Notes: generated from the letters alone by a model not told the origin. Shown: positions 36,940 to 48,809, numbered from the stretch's first letter. The stretch is 64,000 bases of DNA from Massalongia carnosa (GCA_965645245.1 OZ287068.1:2232001-2296000); one strand, 5' to 3'. Translations and numbers: made by a program.

Positions 36940-38550
36940 ATGATCACGAACGAATACGCCTTGACGCGTGAAATGAGTGAAGCCTACCACTTAACATGTA
37001 AAGCGAGGGAGGTACTAAAAGGTATGGGGGAGACCGTACCAGGCGCAGTAGTGAGTCGCTGGATACTCGCATTGGTGGAGTTCATAGAACAAAACGAGGC
37101 AAAACGCGACGCGCCTGACGCGTCGAATCAAGAAAGTCTTCAAAGCACACTGCACGACATACAACAAAGATTACAGAAGATTGAGAAGCAGGGAGAAAAC
37201 AATGGAAAAGCGCTCAGCTACGCCGCCGTCGCGTCTGGGGGCCGTAGGGGAACGACTGGGGATATCGGAAAGACGCAGACCCAAATCGATGAAAACATGC
37301 TTAGAGAAAAGAGAAAGATGAAAGAACTCATAGTCAGAATAGAAGATCCCAAAGAGCAAGAGGCCTTGGGAAGAAAGACGACAAAAGAAATCATAGAAGC
37401 TATAAAAATCCCCAACAGCGAGATAGCGGGTATCAGGAAGCTCCCCAGCGGGGATTTGAAAATCCACACCAAAACAGCGCAGGCTAAGCAGAGCCTCCAA
37501 TCACAACCAGCATGGATAAAGAATGTGGCGGCATCGGCGACGATTCGTAAAGAGGGATACGCGGTAATAGCACACGGCATGCGGATGAACGATGTACGAG
37601 GACCAAAACAAATGAAGGCCATAGAATATCTGATAAGAGAAAACAAGGATCTGCACGAAGACCTAAAAATTAATAGAGTGGCATGGAGCACTAGAGCCAT
37701 TAAGCAGAACAAGAGATACGCGTCTATGCACATCGAGGTAGAAACTGCGGAGATGGCCAATCGGCTCATCCTCGTAGGTCTAGCAGACAGAGGAGAAATC
37801 AAGACGTGCGAGCTATTCGAAGCCGGATGCAAGCTCACACAATGCTTCAATTGTCAACAATACGGCCATATAGCAAAGTTCTGCAGAAATCCCACCACAT
37901 GTGGATACTGCGCGGGGAGACACGAAAGCCGATCGTGCCCCGGCAACAAGGCGCCGAGGTTCCTACGATGCGGAGCGTGTGGAGAAAAAGGCCACCCAGC
38001 ATGGGCGGCAGAATGCAGAACAAGAAAGGAGAGAAAGCATCGAACGGAAATCGCAAGGGACTCCGCTAGAAGACTTTACGCAACACCTCCGAGCGGGAGA
38101 GAAGAGGAAAAGAGAAAGGAAAGAGGATTAGGATCGAAAAGCACACCATCTCCCAACGCACCGCTGCAGAACGTCGAAGTGATCATCACAACCGACAACA
38201 ACAAAGACACCCAACGAAGCCAGACCGACGGGACAGGGAGCACCATAGTAGAGGAGGAAGAGGTACAGGAGACAAACGATGAAGAAATGACAGAGGCTAT
38301 GGAAACAATAAGAAAAAGAAAGCCAAGCACGAACCTCGCAGGAAGACCGCTGGTGGCACGATCGCGATCATTATCGCCCAGGAGAGAGGATAGAGAGAAG
38401 CCCCTACGAGGAAGAGAAGAATGGAGAACGACAAGAATGATGAATCCGGAGATTCGAGAAATGGCCTTCGCCAAGCCGGTGAGAGGTCGTCCACGCATCA
38501 GGACGCCAAGCACTAACGAAGAACTTCTCAACAATGACGATCAATTATGA
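36940..38550 (+). CDS. LINE ORF1 (gag-like, CCHC zinc knuckles)
   Basis: QCFNCQQYGHIAKFC, CGYCAGRH..C and CGACGEKGH..C. Confidence 0.92.
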   Translation: MITNEYALTREMSEAYHLTCKAREVLKGMGETVPGAVVSRWILALVEFIEQNEAKRDAPDASNQESLQSTLHDIQQRLQKIEKQGENNGKALSYAAVASGGRRGTTGDIGKTQTQIDENMLREKRKMKELIVRIEDPKEQEALGRKTTKEIIEAIKIPNSEIAGIRKLPSGDLKIHTKTAQAKQSLQSQPAWIKNVAASATIRKEGYAVIAHGMRMNDVRGPKQMKAIEYLIRENKDLHEDLKINRVAWSTRAIKQNKRYASMHIEVETAEMANRLILVGLADRGEIKTCELFEAGCKLTQCFNCQQYGHIAKFCRNPTTCGYCAGRHESRSCPGNKAPRFLRCGACGEKGHPAWAAECRTRKERKHRTEIARDSARRLYATPPSGREEEKRKERGLGSKSTPSPNAPLQNVEVIITTDNNKDTQRSQTDGTGSTIVEEEEVQETNDEEMTEAMETIRKRKPSTNLAGRPLVARSRSLSPRREDREKPLRGREEWRTTRMMNPEIREMAFAKPVRGRPRIRTPSTNEELLNNDDQL

Positions 38551-41500
38551 GAGACACGAACACTCTCACAATTCTGCAGTACAACGTCAGGAAAAGTGCG
38601 AAAGGCACACTGATACCATTGCTTGCAGACGAGAAAACAAAGAATTTCGATATCATTGCTATTCAAGAACCATGGAAAAACCCTACAACGGCCCTACTAC
38701 TCAACCCCTATCAGAGCGGGTTTCACTTACTTTACAAATCCGGAGGAGACACACGCGTCTGCTTCTATATCAACGAGAAGATAGATCCAGAAAGTTGGGA
38801 CGTGGAATATCCAACAGAAGATCTATGCACATTGAATATAGAAATCAGAATAGGAAGCGTGTTAAGAAAAATTCATATACACAACATCTACAATCCATCC
38901 CCGTTATCTATCTCAGCGACGGATAGTCCGTCTACCCTACCGGCCGCCCTGCGTCAACTGAACGGGCCAGGAGAACACATCTTGCTAGGGGATTTCAACC
39001 TTCATCATCCACATTGGGGAGGTGCGAGAGTGCGAGGTCAACACGAGGCGTCCGAACAGCTACTAGACATCATTGAAAGTAAAAATCTTTCGCTCACCCT
39101 GCCAAGAGGAACAGTGACATGGGAGGCAAGAAACTCATTCAGCACCATCGATCTGGTGTTCATGACGGAAGATCTCGTAGAAAGATTGGAACACTGTATC
39201 ACAGTCCCGGAGCTGAATCAAGACTCAGATCACGTACCAATATCGACGAGGCTCCGCCTCACCTGTGAACCCCTTACGCCTCCCCGCCGAAGAGCCTGGA
39301 AACTCCTGGACATGAATAAACTGAGAGAAGTTGAGAGAAATGCCCCCACACCACGCGTCGTACGAGGCGCCAACGAAATTGATGCATACACTGCAGATAT
39401 TCAAGACTACCTCAAAAGAATCGTTCAGGAGGCGGTACCATGGGCTAAACCTAGTCCCCAGGCGAAGTCCTTCTGGAATAGAGAGTGCGAGGAGGCAACG
39501 AAGGAGACCCGCAGGCTTCGTAGGATCTGGACGGCGGAAAGAAATCTGTCAGACTGGAAAAACTACATCAGAATGAACGACAAAAAACAGAAAATCATCG
39601 GTAAGGCAAGAAATCTTCATTTCAGAGAACAAATGGCCGAAGTTGCAGCATCAAGAACAGGACTCTTCCGACTCGCAAAATGGGGCAAAGACAGAAGCGA
39701 CGCACCAAGAGAAATTCCAAAAATGCCCCCGTTAGCAACAGCACAAAATCCCAATACGATAGCAGACACGTTCGAGAAGAGAGTAAATATGCTGAAGAAG
39801 TCCTTCTTTCCCCCTCCTCCTAACGCGGATCTCGGGGATCTCGTAGGATATTCGTACCCTCCAACACCAGAATGTCCAGCACTGATAACGGAAGAAGAAG
39901 TGGCGGCGGCGCTGCGAAAGCCAAAGCCAGACAAAGCCCCAGGACCGGATGGAATCACAAATAGAATTCTCAAAGCCTGTTCAGAAAACCTAATCAAATT
40001 GCTGACACCACTTTTTCAAGCATGTGTGAATGAAGGATATCATCCGAAAGTCTTTAAAATCGCCAACACTATCACGCTAAAGAAGCCAGGAAAAGGAAAC
40101 TATACGGATCCCAAGGCATGGAGACCCATAGCGTTGTTGAACACGTTGGGCAAAGCATTGGAATCCATTATAGCAAGGAAAATTAGCCATCTGACGGAAG
40201 AATTTAAACTGATCCCGGATACTCAAATGGGTGCAAGGCCGGGCCGCGGAACGGAAACAGCACTGGAGCTGCTCACTGAACAAGTGCACACCGTATGGAA
40301 TCAGGGTAACGATAAAGTGGCATCTCTATTGAGCATAGACGTATCGGGAGCCTTTGACACCGTCTCTCATCGTAGGCTCATTCACAACATGAGAAAACGA
40401 AAGATCCCAGAGTGGATAGCCAAATGGACGGATAGTTTCTTGAAAGAAAGAGAAACCACGCTCACGATTAATCAACGCACCACTAACGCATTTCCGCTGA
40501 GCATAGGAATCCCTCAGGGATCTCCTCTATCTCCCATTCTATATCTCTTTTACAATGCGGACCTCTTAGACATTTGCAATAGACCCAGCACAAACGCGGC
40601 AGGCATAGGATTCGTAGACGACGTGAACATCCTGACATATGGCAAATCCACGGAAGAAAATTGCAAAACATTGAAAGAAATACACGAGAATTGCGAACGA
40701 TGGGCGAAACGCCACGGCTCCGTGTTCGCGCCGCATAAATACGAGCTCATACATCTAGCAAAAAATCCCAAGAAATTCAATCTCGAAGCTTCCTTCACAG
40801 TAAACGGCAAACTACTCAACGTCACGAAATCTGTACGAGTGCTGGGGGTGTACATAGACACGAGGCTCAATTGGTCGGCGCACTACAAAGAGATACAGAA
40901 GAAAATGACGAGACAAACGAGAGCGCTGACTAGAATCGCCGCAGCCACTTGGGGTGCGACCCTCCTACAAGCCCGTCACGTGTACACGGCGGTGGTACGC
41001 CCGGCAATGACCCATGGTTCTCTGGTATGGCACACGCCGGAGGAAACACAAAAGCACGTCAAAGTCACGAGGAAAAGCAAACTCGAGATCGTACAAAACA
41101 AATGTTTACGAGTAGTAGCCGGAGCGTACAGGGCCACACCCATCGAGGTGTTACAGGCGGAAACATTCATCTGTCCATTGACGCAACATTTGGATCATCT
41201 GCAGGCCAAAGGTAGATCGAGGCTACAACACAACGGTCAGGCAAAAGTCATAGAACAGGCATGCGAGAAAATCAGAACGAGATTGAAAGGGAAAAGAGGG
41301 CGACAACGGATTATTGGAGAAACACCGGGAGCTCGTAGACAGAGATGGGTGGCCAAGCTGACAGCTGAAGTATCAACAAAGAGAAAGCCCAAACGCACAC
41401 CACCATGGGAAAAAGCGGAGAATGCACAAGAGGAAAAACGAGCAGAATATGCCGCACTTCAAAGAGAAAGAGACGGAATCATAGCGAAACGATTTAAAGA

Positions 41501-41921
41501 AAAATGGAAGGACAAATGGATAGCGTATCAATCAATACATACGCTTGATCCAACAATAGCACAGTCGGGTCCATTGCACAAAAACAGGTTGAACACGCAC
41601 AAGCTGCTGAATAAGGCGCAAAGCTCCCTCGCAATTCAAATTAGAACAGAGAAAATCGGGTTAGCGAGTTTTCTATTCAAACGCAAGGTGCCAGACATTG
41701 AGTCCGCGGCCTGCCTGTGCGGAAGCCGCTTTCAAACGGCGAAACATGTGATAATGTTCTGCGGATTGCATAATAGAATCGATATGTTGCGTGCAGCTGG
41801 CTCGCTGGATTATCAAAAACTGATAACAGACCCCAAAGCGATCAAAATAATCACTGCATGGCTTATGCGTACGGGCATACTAACACAGTACACCATTGCC
41901 GCGCAAATGACGGAGCAATAA
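38547..41921 (+). CDS. LINE ORF2 (APE endonuclease + reverse transcriptase + C-terminal Cys/His)
   Basis: LQYNV, IQEP, GDFNLHH, SDH, KAPGPDGI, WRPIALL, GIPQGSPLSP, FVDD and CLCG..TAKHVIMFC. The ATGA overlaps the ORF1 stop. Confidence 0.95.
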   Translation: MRDTNTLTILQYNVRKSAKGTLIPLLADEKTKNFDIIAIQEPWKNPTTALLLNPYQSGFHLLYKSGGDTRVCFYINEKIDPESWDVEYPTEDLCTLNIEIRIGSVLRKIHIHNIYNPSPLSISATDSPSTLPAALRQLNGPGEHILLGDFNLHHPHWGGARVRGQHEASEQLLDIIESKNLSLTLPRGTVTWEARNSFSTIDLVFMTEDLVERLEHCITVPELNQDSDHVPISTRLRLTCEPLTPPRRRAWKLLDMNKLREVERNAPTPRVVRGANEIDAYTADIQDYLKRIVQEAVPWAKPSPQAKSFWNRECEEATKETRRLRRIWTAERNLSDWKNYIRMNDKKQKIIGKARNLHFREQMAEVAASRTGLFRLAKWGKDRSDAPREIPKMPPLATAQNPNTIADTFEKRVNMLKKSFFPPPPNADLGDLVGYSYPPTPECPALITEEEVAAALRKPKPDKAPGPDGITNRILKACSENLIKLLTPLFQACVNEGYHPKVFKIANTITLKKPGKGNYTDPKAWRPIALLNTLGKALESIIARKISHLTEEFKLIPDTQMGARPGRGTETALELLTEQVHTVWNQGNDKVASLLSIDVSGAFDTVSHRRLIHNMRKRKIPEWIAKWTDSFLKERETTLTINQRTTNAFPLSIGIPQGSPLSPILYLFYNADLLDICNRPSTNAAGIGFVDDVNILTYGKSTEENCKTLKEIHENCERWAKRHGSVFAPHKYELIHLAKNPKKFNLEASFTVNGKLLNVTKSVRVLGVYIDTRLNWSAHYKEIQKKMTRQTRALTRIAAATWGATLLQARHVYTAVVRPAMTHGSLVWHTPEETQKHVKVTRKSKLEIVQNKCLRVVAGAYRATPIEVLQAETFICPLTQHLDHLQAKGRSRLQHNGQAKVIEQACEKIRTRLKGKRGRQRIIGETPGARRQRWVAKLTAEVSTKRKPKRTPPWEKAENAQEEKRAEYAALQRERDGIIAKRFKEKWKDKWIAYQSIHTLDPTIAQSGPLHKNRLNTHKLLNKAQSSLAIQIRTEKIGLASFLFKRKVPDIESAACLCGSRFQTAKHVIMFCGLHNRIDMLRAAGSLDYQKLITDPKAIKIITAWLMRTGILTQYTIAAQMTEQ

Positions 41922-44900
41922 TGAGAGGAGAATTGGTTTTTTCTTCTACTTATTTTCTTTTCTTCTCTTTTATTCTTGCACTTACTCAGGCGCATAACGG
42001 GTATAGCGGGTTTCCCAAACCGTAGAGATCAACCCGGGGAAAGAGCGAGTCCTCTACAAACCTGGTACGCAGGAGCAGTTTTTTACCCGTTCGGGTTTTC
42101 TGCCTTTATATAGCCTATGTAGTATCTCCCGCATGGGCCAGCTTCAGCTGGTGTCATATCGGCGTAAGAAAAATCAATCAATCAATCAATCAATGGAAAG
42201 CACTATTCACATCAAGATGAATGTGCACTGAGATATATTCTTTTCAAGACTATCGTATTTCTCAAATGATATCAGACTTTATATGATCTGCGGATATTTC
42301 TCATCAAACACAAGTTGAATTTTAAGCTATCTTACACGTGCAGGACAATGTTGAATCATCTCAATCAGGAAAGCGCTCAAAAAAACATACAAACCGGGAA
42401 CCTTCCGGTGTACCTAGTTTAGCGAAGACATGTCCGGGATCTTGAGACCATCTCAAGACCATGTCCGAATACCCCCAACCGCCCTTAAGGTAGGTATCAT
42501 AGTAAATGCTCACGGCTGTGTCACGATTTGTAGTCAGCGGTTACCTGCATTCTTTATCTTATTTCAGCCTCAACAGTCCTGATTGCTCCTCTATTAACTA
42601 TCCTCATTCGCTTCGCTGCACAACTCCATCACGACTATGGCCTTTTGTCTACCGAGCTACCTGCCTACCTTGCCTACCTGCTTACCTCTTCGCATTGGAC
42701 GATTGCCATATTCCGTTCATGGCTGCGATATGTAGTATAGGAGTGGGAGATGAACATGTTTTCGACCAAAATGAAGAGATTAAAGTCACCAGACTTGTCC
42801 AGATAGTTGAAGAACCGATGGCATTCAATGAAAGGAGGCTAGGTGGGGAAGGTTTTCATTTCTTCGATACTCTGTATACCGTTGGAATATTCTCTGCGAC
42901 AACATCTCTATACTTGCTCAACAATCATTGGAACATTACACCTCGATCGGAAGTGCGGAAGACATGCTATTTTTCATGTACGCTTCTTGATCATTTAGGC
43001 ACGCATGAACACAATTTTCATCAAAGCCAATCAAGATTCTTAATATATCCAAAAATCAATCTTTCATAACTAGCCTATGGCAGTCTAAGCGCCACCTCCA
43101 AAGACTTCCTGAGATATCTGAACAGATCCTCAAAAGGAGTAACGAGCCTCCAATGTTCGCTTGTTGACTTCATCTTCATGATTGTTAAAATGCCAGTAAG
43201 CTTACCACTAACCGCCGATCCCAAGTCTCCTGGCTCTAAACCTAGATGTCCCCCCCAATTACATCAATTTCGCTCGATGTCATGCCATACTCAGGCCATG
43301 ATACAGCTTGTTCCACACCGTTGACGAAACCAGCGATGATCCAGACGTACGCCTATTACCTCTCGAGTAATTCCCGTTCGAGGGGTTGACTACCATAACT
43401 TGAAATAGCCATGGGACCCTAAAACGTTCCGGAATTCCAAAGTTTGCAGCTTTTCAAAGTGACACGGCTTCATCTTGGGTGCCAATGCGCAAAATATCCA
43501 TCTGGATTTGATCCCTGCTGGGGATTCTGATCTGGCAATAGAGACAGCAAGAGATTCGTGAGATCCCATGTTTTCCCAAAATATTCGGCACTTATGTTCT
43601 CAAACCCATTGGTTGATATAATCCTGAGCTTCAAAGCAATCGGCTGCTCTAACGTGCTCAAATGGTGGCACAGACGCAAAGGTACTCGAGGAGACTCGAA
43701 AGTGGTCTTTATGGCTAATGCTATATTCTTCGATTGACTCTTCAAGGCCATGATGACGGTTAGCCGAGAACAGAGGCAAATATGGAGTTATTCTCACCTT
43801 GAGTTGCGGATTGGTACCCTAGGTCTACATTCTCACAGGAGGGGTCCTGCTTCCTGTTGTGCCCGGATGAAATTTCTCTAGTACACGGGCGGGAAAACAC
43901 GAAATCGAAATTATTACGAGAGAGATAGGCACGCTTAGAAAGGAAGCTTCAGAGGAAATTGTAATGAAATATATATATAAGAAAAGGCAGGCCAGTCTTT
44001 TAAAAAATCAAATCAGTTTGACTGTTCCAGAGATAGCAGTGGTTCCAAGTAGTTTTGATGGAAAGAGTGAGGTAGCTCATAAGCTAAGAGAATTCGAAGA
44101 TAACCGGTTGAAATTGTTATAAAAATAAGAAGACCTTACAGGAAAATTGTTTAGTAGAGTATACGGGATTGCGAACGGTCAGGGAATAGCCAGTCAGCTA
44201 GATTAAGGAGTTTGATGAGTACGTATGGAGCCATAAGAGGATCAGGATATGAAGCAGCGGGAAAGGAGAAAGAGAGATGGATGGGAGGTGAGAGAAGAGA
44301 GATGAATTAATCTACGGAGGAGTCTAGTAGAAGATGGGTTAGCAAGAAAAGTAAACGAACCGAGAAATGAACCAAAGCTCACTACAAGACGAACCCTCTC
44401 CAAAAAAAATCGTGAATCACAAACGTCAATATCCAAGCAAAAGAGATACCTTCGCGCATAGAGTGGTAATGGTTACAAACCTCGCATGATCGACAATATT
44501 GGAATTTAAGGATAGTATTGTAGAAATAGAATAGTGCGAACTGTTTTGGATAGTGGGGAACGTGGGACAAGGCAGAAGTGGAGGGGATGAAGAAGGTGAG
44601 TTGGTGGGTAAGAAGGTGTGTAGAGAAGTGGGTATGTAGGTAGGTAGAGAGATAGGGAGGGACGGACGGAGTGCGTTTCGTTGTTGAGTTGACTATCTGA
44701 GCATTAGTATAGTAGATGACTCACGAGTAGGTGATATTTTACGATTGATTGAGTGGATGGTTGAATAAAATCTTTTTTTATGCTGATGCAGCTATTCGCT
44801 GAAGGTTTGTTGACTTTAACAATTTTTTTTGCTTTGATGGACGGTTTATTTTCTTGAGAGCAGTAAGGGGGTAGGGGGAGGGGACTTAACTTATGCGGTT

Positions 44901-47039
44901 GATTGTGAAAAATGATGAATGGATGGATAAATAGAAGATCATTACGACATAAGGAATCACTATAAGAAAAAACGGGGGTTTTATTTTGGACTCGATAAAT
45001 AGGGTTTCCCATCTTTTTAGCTCAAAGCCCACTTGCTTACCTTTTGATTCCCTTTCCTCCCCCTCTCTTTTCCCCTTCCTTCTTCTTCTCTCTCACCATT
45101 TCCCCTCACCAAACCCATTCCTTCCTTCCATCCCATCCACCCCAATCTCACCGTCCAGACACGAAGCAGCGGCACTTGGTGATCAGATACCCGCATTCAC
45201 AATCCGGCTCCTGGTGCTGCGGGATCTGGACCTGGACCTGGATCAGGGGTTGATAGGATGACGAAATGGAATTGGAGAACGGGAATGGGGATGGGAAAGA
45301 GAATGAAGAAGAGGAGAAGCGGGGGGGTGTGGGGGGTGGGGTGGGGGGGAAATCGCCGTAGGGGGAGGGTGTGGGGTAGGAGTAGGCCATTGTCTTTCTT
45401 TTTTTGAGGGAGGTTTGAATGAAAAAATAGGGGTTTTTCTTGGATGGGGTGTGAGAGTGCGAGGTATATTTGAGAGGTGTGGTTTGGGCGTGGTGGTAGA
45501 TAACGTGTAATCTCTGACGATTAGTTAAGTGCTTGATCGATTGATCGATTGCTCCGACTAATATGGTTGTTTAAGAGCTTTTCCAACAAATATCGAGATG
45601 TGGGAAGTGTTCCGGAAATGCTGCTGAACGTGATGATGATGGTGATGATAGTAGTTGATGATAAGTAGTTGTTAAGAAATTGGGTTTGGAATGACTCTGG
45701 AGCGAGTTTTTGTAGGGGGTGCTGGATATGAGGAGAGGGGAAGGATAAAGAAAGGGGGGGTTTTTTTTCTTGGGAGACAATCAAGTTGCTTTAACCGTTT
45801 AGTTGGTTTCTTTACTTTCTTTCTTTCGTTTCGTTTGTTCTTTCTGGGCGATTTTTGAACAAATGATTGCTATGAATAAACGAGATTTGCGCCTCTGAAA
45901 GGTGATTGGTATCCTGGAGTATTCGCAGGGATGGGAGGAGGCTTTTTTTGCGAAAAGGAAGAAGAACCAAGAAAGCGAATTGCTGAAAGACAATGAATGT
46001 CATTATTTCCCATTCTTCCCTTGTCCCCTCTATCCTCTCAAAATCTACTTCTCTACTCTCTTCTCCCTATCTCTCCCTCCCTTGAAAAAATTTAAAATAA
46101 AGAACTGAAAGTAGAATACCTCGTAACTCGTAACTCGTTTGCAGAATTATGAATGAGAGATGAGACGAACAGAAACGAAACGTCACAAAGAAAGAAAAAA
46201 AGGGAAGAGAGCATACATCTGCCAAAAATCTAGAGGCACTTTAAAGATTTTCGAAAGAAAGAAATAAACGAAAAAAAAAACGTCGACTTAATACAGTTTC
46301 CAAGGCAATATCTATTCATCCCTCGCAACGAAAACACGCGGCCAAGCTCCGAAAAGCCGTTCTGTTCTGTCCGTCTATACAAACATAGCCAGAATCTAGA
46401 TATAACGAAACGAAAGAGCTGATGATGATGATGATGATGATTAGCAAATCATGAGAAGTCCGAAGGGATAGGTAGGTAGGTAGGTAGATAGTCGTTGCCT
46501 GCCGGCCATGAAACCTAGCATTTCTCGTCCCTAAGAGGGTAACCTATCCAGATCCAGTAACAAGGGCGAGATGCACCGTTCATGACTCAATGTGCCAGGA
46601 TATACCGGAGCTCTCATGTAATAGTGCGTTAATCGCGAAGTCTAGGGCGGTTGTAACATTCGGGGCCTTCCTTTGGAGTAGCAAGGGGGAAGGGAGTGCG
46701 ATGGACGAGTACATACATAGGAGTTAAACAAGGGTTCTTGCTAGGAGATGAAACCATCTGTTTGGTTAAATTATTCATGACCGTACCTGATAAAATAACA
46801 CGAGTTGGAGTGATAGTATAACACGACGGCAGGTAGGAAAAGTACGACAGCATTGACACTCTCACATTATAGCGTTATATCGGGGGAAAATAATCTTTGC
46901 AAAGTAGTCGCGAGAAGCCAAATCGCATCAATATAAAGGCCAGAACCGAAGGCTCTGCCCCATGCACAGTCCCGAACCCTTCCCCCGCGCTTACGATACC
47001 AAACCGAAAGTGTACGAGGATAAGTAGAAAAGCCAGCAC

Positions 47040-48809
47040 CTACAAGCCCGAATCGATTTCCTCCACTACGGTGTGGCCGCTGTACGTGGCCCAGTCGCGG
47101 CATGTCTGCCGGATGGTCTCCGGGATGATACGTTTCGTGATAAGATCGGTCTGTTCCATCATGTTGACGTACAGCCCAGCGGACACGTGCCAGGCGATAT
47201 GACAATGTAACGGCCAAACACCCGGGTTGTCCGTGTTGTACTGGATGACGATAAAGCCAGAAGGTTGAACTAGTTGCACGTCACGCCGTTGGGTGTTTTC
47301 GATATGTGCGATTTCTCCATTCCAGTCGCCAACGCCTTCAGCCAGAACATTGAAATTGTGTCCATGTAAGTGCATCGGATGGGCTGCGAGACTTTTATTA
47401 TTGATGATAACGCGCACGCTGTTGTTGTTGCCAGTATTGTGCACGTTCCATTGAGGGTCAAACGGATAAGAAGTGTTGCCGTCATTAGCAAGGAGTAGGA
47501 TGGGATGATCGTAGTTAGCGCGGAAAGACTCGTTGTTCATGGCCCATAGTCCATGACCGGTCTGGTTTTGGAATCGGGTGATGGTGATGATTTCTGTTGT
47601 CTCTGGGGTTGAAGTGGAGGGAAACGGGAAGAATGGAACGGTTTTTTCTAGATCGTCATTGCCGCAATGAGTGTCATTGAAGGGAGTTGGGTTCGAGGGT
47701 GGCGTGGCCGTGATATTGGCGTTCTCATAATATATGGCTCCCAAAGCGAGTCTCTGATCACCGTCAGAGCAGGCACTGATTGTGGAGCGCATGAACACCG
47801 AAGAGTTTGCTGGTAGATCCGCCTTGACAAGGACATCTGTGCGCTGGCCAACGCCTAGCGTGACCACATTCGTGGTATACGGCTGTATAGGTACAAAATC
47901 ATTGGCTATGACGGTCATGATGTGGTTGTCGATGGAAAAGCGCATGATGGCCTCTGCAGCGCCGTTGATAAGCCGGAGGCGATGAGTCTTTCCCGATGTG
48001 AATTTGAATTTTGAAATGCCAGCGTTGGCTGTACAATCAATGTCAGGTTTTCTTTTGCAGTCGTAATCCATCTTGCCGTTGATCAGGTTGTTGTCAGAAA
48101 CAGGTTTGAAACTCGCTACTCCAGGGGCGGTTGGCGTCATAAGCTTTTCTATAATGCTGAAATACTCATCGTGATACCAATCAGTGAGAAAAACCGGGCC
48201 GATATCTAAATCATAGTCTACGTTCTTGGGTCCGTGGATAATTAGAGGTCCGAGTAGCCCTGCAGCATATTGGGCGGAATAATGCGAGTGATACCAAGTT
48301 GTTCCGTAGAGATCTGCTTTGAATTGATAGGTAAGCGATTTACCTGGGGCGATAGGACACTGTTGAACAGCAGGAACCCCATCAAACCACGGAGTGGCAC
48401 GTTGAAGAATGCCATGCCAATGCAAAGCAGTGCCTTCTTCTGGACCCGTGATCTGGTTATGAACTTGGACTTGAATGGTATCTCCCCAGTTGGCTTCAAT
48501 AGTTGGCCCTGGAAATTGACTGTTGACCAAGATGACGCTTTTGTTAACGCCATCAGGAGCTATGAGGCCTCGCGTGATCGTAAAGTCATATGATCGGATA
48601 ACCCCTGTAGTTGGTGACTGTTCGTACGGATTTGTCGTAGCAGCAGTTCGAGTTCCCCATGGGTAGCCGTTAGGCAAAGGATTGTTGGTCAAAAAGTCGG
48701 CAACCAATGGCGCTTTCAGGGTCCCTAATAGCGATAGGCCATTAGTTGCTATCTGGGAAAGCGCTGCCAATAACGAAACGCTGTTGATGATTGTTTCGGC
48801 AACGCCCAT
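47040..48809 (-). CDS. Laccase / multicopper oxidase (AA1), intronless, likely secreted
   Basis: Four Cu-binding motifs: HWHG, WYHSH, HPMHLHGH and HCHIAWHVSAGL. Ascomycete-type C-terminus DSGL. Confidence 0.96.
   Translation of the reverse strand: MGVAETIINSVSLLAALSQIATNGLSLLGTLKAPLVADFLTNNPLPNGYPWGTRTAATTNPYEQSPTTGVIRSYDFTITRGLIAPDGVNKSVILVNSQFPGPTIEANWGDTIQVQVHNQITGPEEGTALHWHGILQRATPWFDGVPAVQQCPIAPGKSLTYQFKADLYGTTWYHSHYSAQYAAGLLGPLIIHGPKNVDYDLDIGPVFLTDWYHDEYFSIIEKLMTPTAPGVASFKPVSDNNLINGKMDYDCKRKPDIDCTANAGISKFKFTSGKTHRLRLINGAAEAIMRFSIDNHIMTVIANDFVPIQPYTTNVVTLGVGQRTDVLVKADLPANSSVFMRSTISACSDGDQRLALGAIYYENANITATPPSNPTPFNDTHCGNDDLEKTVPFFPFPSTSTPETTEIITITRFQNQTGHGLWAMNNESFRANYDHPILLLANDGNTSYPFDPQWNVHNTGNNNSVRVIINNKSLAAHPMHLHGHNFNVLAEGVGDWNGEIAHIENTQRRDVQLVQPSGFIVIQYNTDNPGVWPLHCHIAWHVSAGLYVNMMEQTDLITKRIIPETIRQTCRDWATYSGHTVVEEIDSGL

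Larger units (their letters stand above)
36608..42191 (+). mobile_element. Full-length Tad1-like LINE with (AATC)n tail and 13-bp TSD AATGGAAAGCACT
   Basis: TSD at 36595-36607 and 42192-42204. AATC repeats at ~42172-42191. Two intact ORFs. Confidence 0.93.
16761..42471 (+). mobile_element. Large TIR-bounded composite DNA transposon (CMC/CACTA-like transposase plus SNF2-like helicase relic) with nested insertions
   Basis: 33-bp inverted repeat with 1 mismatch: TATTCGGACATGGTCTTGAGATGGTCTCGAGAT (16761-16793) versus ATCTTGAGACCATCTCAAGACCATGTCCGAATA (42439-42471). It encloses the transposase-like ORFs at 26.6-30.2 kb. Assigning these TIRs to that transposase is an inference. Confidence 0.68.

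Noticed and set aside
42506..43800. 187-aa and 93-aa ORFs
   Set aside because: No domain signal recognised; may be decayed sequence.
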